A DNA stretch of 64,000 bases from positions 123,741 to 187,740 of the forward strand of contig CAZTIW010000001.1 in assembly GCA_964613915.1 (NCBI GenBank), read 5' to 3'. The stretch comes from an uncultured Thermoanaerobaculia bacterium. GTDB taxonomy: Bacteria > Acidobacteriota > JBCCFW01. Shown piece by piece: positions 59,605 to 64,000 of this stretch; positions within the stretch are counted from its first letter, which is position 1; the number at the start of each line of letters is the position of its first letter. Below the pieces are notes generated by a model. It did no database searches. It worked only from the letters and a program-made list of their open reading frames with translations, and was not told where the DNA came from. The translations under genes were made by a program, and so were the position numbers.

Positions 59605-60394
59605 GAACACCCGAGGCAGCGCCGGAGCCCCGAAGGACACGCGCGCGCGCGCCATCCTGGTCGTCAGCCTCGTGGCGCTGGCCTGCGCCACGGTCGTGTC
59701 GGCGACCGCCATGCTTCTCGCTCCCGCGCGCGAGGGCAATCGGGCCGCCGAGAAGGACGCCCTGCTCCGCGGCCTTCTCGCGAGCGTCCCCGGCGTGAGC
59801 GAACTCGTGGGCGGCGCCGAAGGCCGCTTGCAGGCTCGCGTCGTGGACCTGGGCAGCGGCCAGTCCGCGCCGGCCGACGACGAGTCGGCGCTCGCTCCCG
59901 CGATGCAGGTCGCGGACGTGGCGATTCCCGAGTCCGTGGACGTCGCCGGTCTCAAGATGCGTCCGCAGCGAGCGGTCGTGTACGTCGTCGAGCGCGACGG
60001 GAGGCCGGCGCTGATCATCCTGCCCGTCTCGGGTCGCGGGTATGCCTCCCTCCTGTCGGGGTATCTCGCGCTGGAGGGGGACGCGAAGACGGTCGTCGCG
60101 CTGACGATCGCCGATCAGGCCGAGACGCCCGGAATCGGCACGAAGATCCTGGACCCCGCCTGGAGCGGCCTGTGGAAGGGCAAGACCGCGTTCGCCCCTG
60201 ACGGCACCGTGCGCCTCCACGTCGCCTCGGGCAAGGTGGACCCCGCCTCCCCGGACGCCCGCCACGCCGTGGACGGCATCACGGGAGCCACGCGCACGAC
60301 GCAAGGCGTGACGAACATGCTGCGTTACTGGCTCGGTGATCACGGGTTCGGCCCCTATCTCGCCCGCATGCGGGCGGAGAGCGCGCGGCCGTGA
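59597..60394 (+). CDS. nqrC: Na+-NQR subunit C (FMN-binding)
   Basis: Single N-terminal TM; FMN attachment motif DGITGATRTTQGV. Confidence 0.85.
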   Translation: MAENTRGSAGAPKDTRARAILVVSLVALACATVVSATAMLLAPAREGNRAAEKDALLRGLLASVPGVSELVGGAEGRLQARVVDLGSGQSAPADDESALAPAMQVADVAIPESVDVAGLKMRPQRAVVYVVERDGRPALIILPVSGRGYASLLSGYLALEGDAKTVVALTIADQAETPGIGTKILDPAWSGLWKGKTAFAPDGTVRLHVASGKVDPASPDARHAVDGITGATRTTQGVTNMLRYWLGDHGFGPYLARMRAESARP

Positions 60395-61041
60395 CCCCCG
60401 CGCGGAGGGTGTTGCTCGACCCCCTGCTCGACGACAACCCGATCACGCTGCACGTGCTGGGGATCTGCTCGGCCCTCGCCGTCACGACGGGCCTGGCCAC
60501 GGCCCTGACCATGAGCCTCGCCTTTCTCGCGGTCATCACGATCGCCAGCGGCATCATCAGCGCGCTGCGCGGGATCATCCCGCGCAGCGCGCGACTCATC
60601 GTCCAGGTGATGATCATGGCCTCGCTCGTGATCGTCGTGGACCAGGTGTTGCAGGCTCACGCCTACGAGATGAGCAAGCGACTCTCGGTCTTCGTGAGCC
60701 TCATCGTGACGAACTGCATCATGCTGGCGCGCAGCGAGAACTTCGCGCTGCGCCATCGCGTGGTGCCGAGCATGCTCGACGGCTTCGGCAACGGCCTCGC
60801 GTACGGCGCCATCCTCGTGATCATGGGGACGCTGCGCGAGCTCTTCGGCGCGGGCCAGATCCTCGGCCGGCAGATCCTGCCGCTCGCGGACGAAGGCGGC
60901 TGGTTCTCTCCCGTGACGCTTCTCGTGAGCCCGCCCGGAGCCTTCCTGCTTCTCGGCCTCCTGCTCTGGGCACAGCGCGCGTGGCTGCCAGGCTCGCCCG
61001 CCGCCGCGCGGAGGCGCGCGCTGACGGAGGCCCATGGCTGA
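60391..61041 (+). CDS. nqrD: Na+-NQR subunit D
   Basis: NqrD/RnfE-like ([20 protein letters not shown]). Confidence 0.85.
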   Translation: MTPARRVLLDPLLDDNPITLHVLGICSALAVTTGLATALTMSLAFLAVITIASGIISALRGIIPRSARLIVQVMIMASLVIVVDQVLQAHAYEMSKRLSVFVSLIVTNCIMLARSENFALRHRVVPSMLDGFGNGLAYGAILVIMGTLRELFGAGQILGRQILPLADEGGWFSPVTLLVSPPGAFLLLGLLLWAQRAWLPGSPAAARRRALTEAHG

Positions 61042-61642
61042 GCTGGGCATCTTCCTCGACGCGATCTTCGCGGACAACCTGGCGCTCGCGCTGTTTCTCG
61101 GCATGTGCACGTTCCTGGCCGTCTCGCGGACCGTGCGCACGGCCGTCGGGCTGGGCGTGGCCGTGGTCTTCGTGCAGGTGATCACGGTTCCGATCAACTA
61201 CCTCATTCACGAGTACTTGCTCGCGGCTGGAGCCTGGGCGTGGCTCGGCTTGCCCGACGTGGATCTCCGCTTCCTCGGCCTCATCACGCACGTGGGCGTC
61301 ATCGCCGCCACCGTGCAGGTCCTCGAGATGGTGACGGAGCGGCACTTCCCGGCGCTCCACGCCGCGCTCGGGATCTACCTGCCGCTGCTCACGGTCAACT
61401 GCGCCATCCTGGGAGGCTCGCTGTTCACCATCGAGCGGGGACACGGCTTCGGCCACAGCGTCGTGTACGCGGCGGGGACGGGCATCGGATGGGCGCTCGC
61501 GGTCGTGCTCCTGGCCGCGATCCGGGAGCGACTCCAGTCGAGCGACATCCCGCAGGACCTGCGCGGGGTGGGCATCGCGTTCATCGTCGCGGGGATGATG
61601 TCCCTGGCGTTCATGGCCTTCGCCGGCCTTCGATTCGGCTGA
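61034..61642 (+). CDS. nqrE: Na+-NQR subunit E
   Basis: NqrE/RnfA-like ([21 protein letters not shown]). Confidence 0.85.
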   Translation: MAELGIFLDAIFADNLALALFLGMCTFLAVSRTVRTAVGLGVAVVFVQVITVPINYLIHEYLLAAGAWAWLGLPDVDLRFLGLITHVGVIAATVQVLEMVTERHFPALHAALGIYLPLLTVNCAILGGSLFTIERGHGFGHSVVYAAGTGIGWALAVVLLAAIRERLQSSDIPQDLRGVGIAFIVAGMMSLAFMAFAGLRFG

Positions 61643-61703
61643 CGGAGCCGGGGAGGCAGCCACGCTCGAACTCGCGTTCAGCATCCTGATCTTCACCGGC
61701 GTC

Positions 61704-62879
61704 ATGGCCGGGCTCGCGCTCCTCGTGCAGGTGGCGCGCGCGCGCCTGGCGCCGGAGGGGCCCGCGACGATCACGACGGGCGATGGTCACGAGCTCCGCG
61801 CGCTCGCCGGCGCGTCGCTTCTCGACGCGCTCGCGGAAGCGGGCGTGTTGCTGCCCGCGGCCTGCGGCGGCGCGGGATCGTGCGGGCTGTGCCGGGTGCG
61901 CGTCACGGAGGGCGGCGGCGCCGTGTCTCCCATCGAACGCGCCACGCTGGGACGAGCAGCAGCCAGGGGCACCCGCCTGGCCTGTCAGGTCCGCGTGCGT
62001 GACGGTCTTCGCGTGGTCGTGCCCGAGGAGGCGCGCGCGATCCGCACGTGGACCTGCCGCGTGCGGAGCGCGCGCAGCCTGACACCCCTCATTCGTGAAG
62101 TCGTGCTGGCGCTGCCCCCGGGCGAGAGGCTGGACTTCCGCGCTGGCGCCTTCGTGCAGGTGACGTGTCCGCCCTTTCGGCTGAGGCTCGGCGACCTGGC
62201 CGCCGCGGCCGAACACGGGAAGGAGTGGACCAGGCTCGGCATCTCGGACCTCGTGGCGCACGCCCACGCGCCGGTCACGCGCGCGTACTCCCTGGCCAAT
62301 CACCCGAACGACACGGACGCCGCCGTGCTCTTCGTGCGGCTCGCGCTGCCACCGCCGTCCCACCCGAAGGCGCCGCCGGGCGTCGTGTCGTCCTGGCTCT
62401 TCTCTGTGGCCGAGGGCGATGAGGTCACGATGGAAGGCCCGCACGGGCACTTCTTCGTCGAGGATGGCGATCGCGAGCTCGTCTTCATCGGCGGAGGAGT
62501 CGGGCTGGCCCCGCTCCGCGCTCACGTCCTCGAGCAGCTCGAGCGTCGCGGCGCTCGCCGCGCGATCAGCCTCTGGTATGGAGCGCGGAGCCGCGCGGAT
62601 CTCTTCCACGCCGATGAGTTCGAGCGCCTCGCGCGCGAGCACGAGAACTTCACCTGGCGCGTCGCCCTGTCCGAGCCAGCGGCGCAGGATGCGTGGGATG
62701 GACCGACGGGCTTCATCCATCGCGTGGTCCACGACGAGTACCTCGCCACGCACCCCGCTCCCGAGGACTGCGCATACTATCTGTGCGGGCCCCCGATGAT
62801 GGTCCAGGCGACGGTGGCCATGCTCCTGAGCCTGGGCGTCGAGGAGGACAGCATCCTGCACGACGACTTCGGCGCCTGA
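61704..62879 (+). CDS. nqrF: Na+-NQR subunit F (2Fe-2S ferredoxin plus FAD/NADH-binding reductase); the N-terminal membrane anchor appears to lack a canonical start codon
   Basis: CGGAGSCGLCRV, RAYSLAN, GGGVGLAPLRAH and YYLCGPPMM motifs. The frame is open back to 61599 and encodes TLELAFSILIFTGVMAGLALLV (the expected TM helix), but there is no ATG/GTG/TTG between the upstream stop and the ATG at 61704. Confidence 0.85.
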   Translation: MAGLALLVQVARARLAPEGPATITTGDGHELRALAGASLLDALAEAGVLLPAACGGAGSCGLCRVRVTEGGGAVSPIERATLGRAAARGTRLACQVRVRDGLRVVVPEEARAIRTWTCRVRSARSLTPLIREVVLALPPGERLDFRAGAFVQVTCPPFRLRLGDLAAAAEHGKEWTRLGISDLVAHAHAPVTRAYSLANHPNDTDAAVLFVRLALPPPSHPKAPPGVVSSWLFSVAEGDEVTMEGPHGHFFVEDGDRELVFIGGGVGLAPLRAHVLEQLERRGARRAISLWYGARSRADLFHADEFERLAREHENFTWRVALSEPAAQDAWDGPTGFIHRVVHDEYLATHPAPEDCAYYLCGPPMMVQATVAMLLSLGVEEDSILHDDFGA

Positions 62880-62910
62880 AGGGCGCGAGCCCGCGAGAGG
62901 AGAACGACGC

Positions 62911-63096
62911 ATGTCCCAGTGGATTCTCGCCCTCGGCATCTTCGTGGCGGCGTCCCTCGCGCTGTCGCTGGGCCTGGTGCTCGGCAGGCCTCCAGCGCGA
63001 CGGGGCTGCGCCCTCCCGGGTCAGGCTCCGGACACGTGCTGCGCGTGTACGGGCGACTGCGACGCCGGGGCCGGGAGAGCCGGGAGCGTGTCATGA
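62911..63096 (+). CDS. nqrM: Putative NqrM (Na+-NQR maturation factor, DUF539-like): single TM plus a Cys cluster
   Basis: MSQWILALGIFVAASLALSLGLVLG then C...CCAC...C. Size and position directly after nqrF fit NqrM. Confidence 0.45.
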   Translation: MSQWILALGIFVAASLALSLGLVLGRPPARRGCALPGQAPDTCCACTGDCDAGAGRAGSVS

Positions 63097-63527
63097 AGGC
63101 AGCAGGTCCCGTCCGGCGCTACATGACGACGACGCTCGTGACGCTGCGCCCCGACATGAGCGTGCACGAGGCCATCCACGTGCTGCTGTCGCACAGATTC
63201 TCGGGCGCGCCCGTGCTGGACGCGGACGGACGCCTGATCGGCATCCTCTCGAACAAGGACTGCATCCGCACGTCGTTCAGCGCGAGCTACCATCAGGAGT
63301 GGGGCGGCCTGGTCGCCGACGCGATGTCGAGTCCCGTCGTCACGGTGGACGCGGACGAGGACATCGTCGAGGTCGCCGAGAAGTTCCTCCGCGGTCGCTA
63401 CCGCCGGTACCCCGTCGTCGAAAACGGCCGGCTCGCGGGCCTGGTCAGCCGCCACGACATCCTGCGAGCCCTCGGCGATCTCTGGGGGCAGCCGCCAGGC
63501 GGCGGCCAGCCTCCCGCGGAGAAGTGA
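63093..63527 (+). CDS. CBS-domain pair protein
   Basis: Two CBS motifs (RYMTTTLVTLRPDMSVHEAIHVL...GAPVLDADGRLIGILS; VVTVDADEDIVEVAEKF...YPVVENGRLAGLVSRHDILRAL). Confidence 0.6.
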   Translation: MKAAGPVRRYMTTTLVTLRPDMSVHEAIHVLLSHRFSGAPVLDADGRLIGILSNKDCIRTSFSASYHQEWGGLVADAMSSPVVTVDADEDIVEVAEKFLRGRYRRYPVVENGRLAGLVSRHDILRALGDLWGQPPGGGQPPAEK

Positions 63528-63540
63528 TCCCGCGCGCCCG

Positions 63541-64000
63541 TCAGAATCGGTGGCCGACGCGAAGCTCCACGACGTTCGCCTCGTAGTCGAGACGGTCGTC
63601 CGCGTCGTCAAGGTCGATCCAGCGCAGGCCGGTCCCCACGAAGAACCCGCGCGCGAGCTGGCGCTCGAACTCGACCTCCCAGTCGCGAAGATCCTGGTCC
63701 AGGTCCATGGCGCTCGGCACCGCCGGGGGCACGTTCGGATCGCTGCCGTCGGCGAGCGCCCGCCCGCGCGCTTCGACGACGCTGAAGCGAAGCCCCGCCG
63801 TGAAGCGACGCGGGAGATCGAGCCTGACGTGCCCCGCGACGTGCCGCTGATCCACGTCGTGGATGGTCCTGCCGGGGAAGGTCGCGTTCGGCCCCCCGAA
63901 GGCCGCTCCGTCGAAGATGACATCGGCGACGCGCAGCACGTCCGAACGCGTGACGGCGAGCCCCCAGGACACGCGCGCATGCGCTTGATGACTCACGCGC
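63541..64000 (-). CDS. Outer-membrane beta-barrel protein, C-terminal fragment (gene continues beyond the window end)
   Basis: Alternating amphipathic beta-strands and a C-terminal ...ELRVGHRF ending in Phe, the OMP signature. Confidence 0.45.
   Translation of the reverse strand, partial: RVSHQAHARVSWGLAVTRSDVLRVADVIFDGAAFGGPNATFPGRTIHDVDQRHVAGHVRLDLPRRFTAGLRFSVVEARGRALADGSDPNVPPAVPSAMDLDQDLRDWEVEFERQLARGFFVGTGLRWIDLDDADDRLDYEANVVELRVGHRF

Overview
High-GC (~70%) chromosomal segment from a Gram-negative bacterium, suggested by an outer-membrane beta-barrel fragment, a Na+-NQR operon and TIGR02999-type ECF sigma factor. Coding density is high and ATGA/GTGA translational-coupling overlaps are frequent. 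Gene content, left to right: class I fumarase; a three-gene ABC-2 transporter operon; a membrane desaturase; and a NAD-type formate dehydrogenase locus. The FDH catalytic subunit is a selenoprotein (in-frame TGA plus a SECIS-like hairpin). Its alpha subunit is split and permuted: the catalytic molybdopterin part (MopB) comes first, then the fused FdsG/FdsB (NuoE/NuoF-like) gene, then the N-terminal FeS part, and the junction peptide is duplicated in both fragments. Immediately downstream is a ~5 kb lower-GC island made of at least 8 highly similar attC-like recombination sites (R'' RYYYAAC ... imperfect palindrome ... R' GTTRRRY) separating promoterless plus-strand ORFs. This is an integron cassette array with no integrase in the window (CALIN-like). 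Its cassettes carry higBA-like and hicAB-like toxin-antitoxin modules, a possible DMP19-like protein (tentative), an alpha/beta hydrolase and several unknown proteins. Further right: an ankyrin+BRCT protein, a HAF-like repeat protein, an ECF sigma factor, Cys-rich secreted proteins with a G11 homopolymer in an upstream region, a phd/doc TA pair, HIT, FGE-sulfatase and DUF1579 genes, and an MgtC/DUF4010 membrane protein. Two giant convergent surface-repeat proteins follow (RCC1+TSP3, and a PKD/Ig-like 1503-aa protein), then GGT, a CPA1 antiporter with TrkA domains, saccharopine dehydrogenase, an orphan MNIO (DUF692)+DUF2063 pair (bufferin/methanobactin-type RiPP maturase module with no obvious precursor), an IgGFc-binding/HYR secreted protein, a FadN-type bifunctional beta-oxidation enzyme, a GH38-like secreted protein and a complete nqrABCDEF(+nqrM) operon. 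No rRNA, tRNA or CRISPR was seen. Many long ORFs in the six-frame track are antisense artefacts of high GC and were not called.
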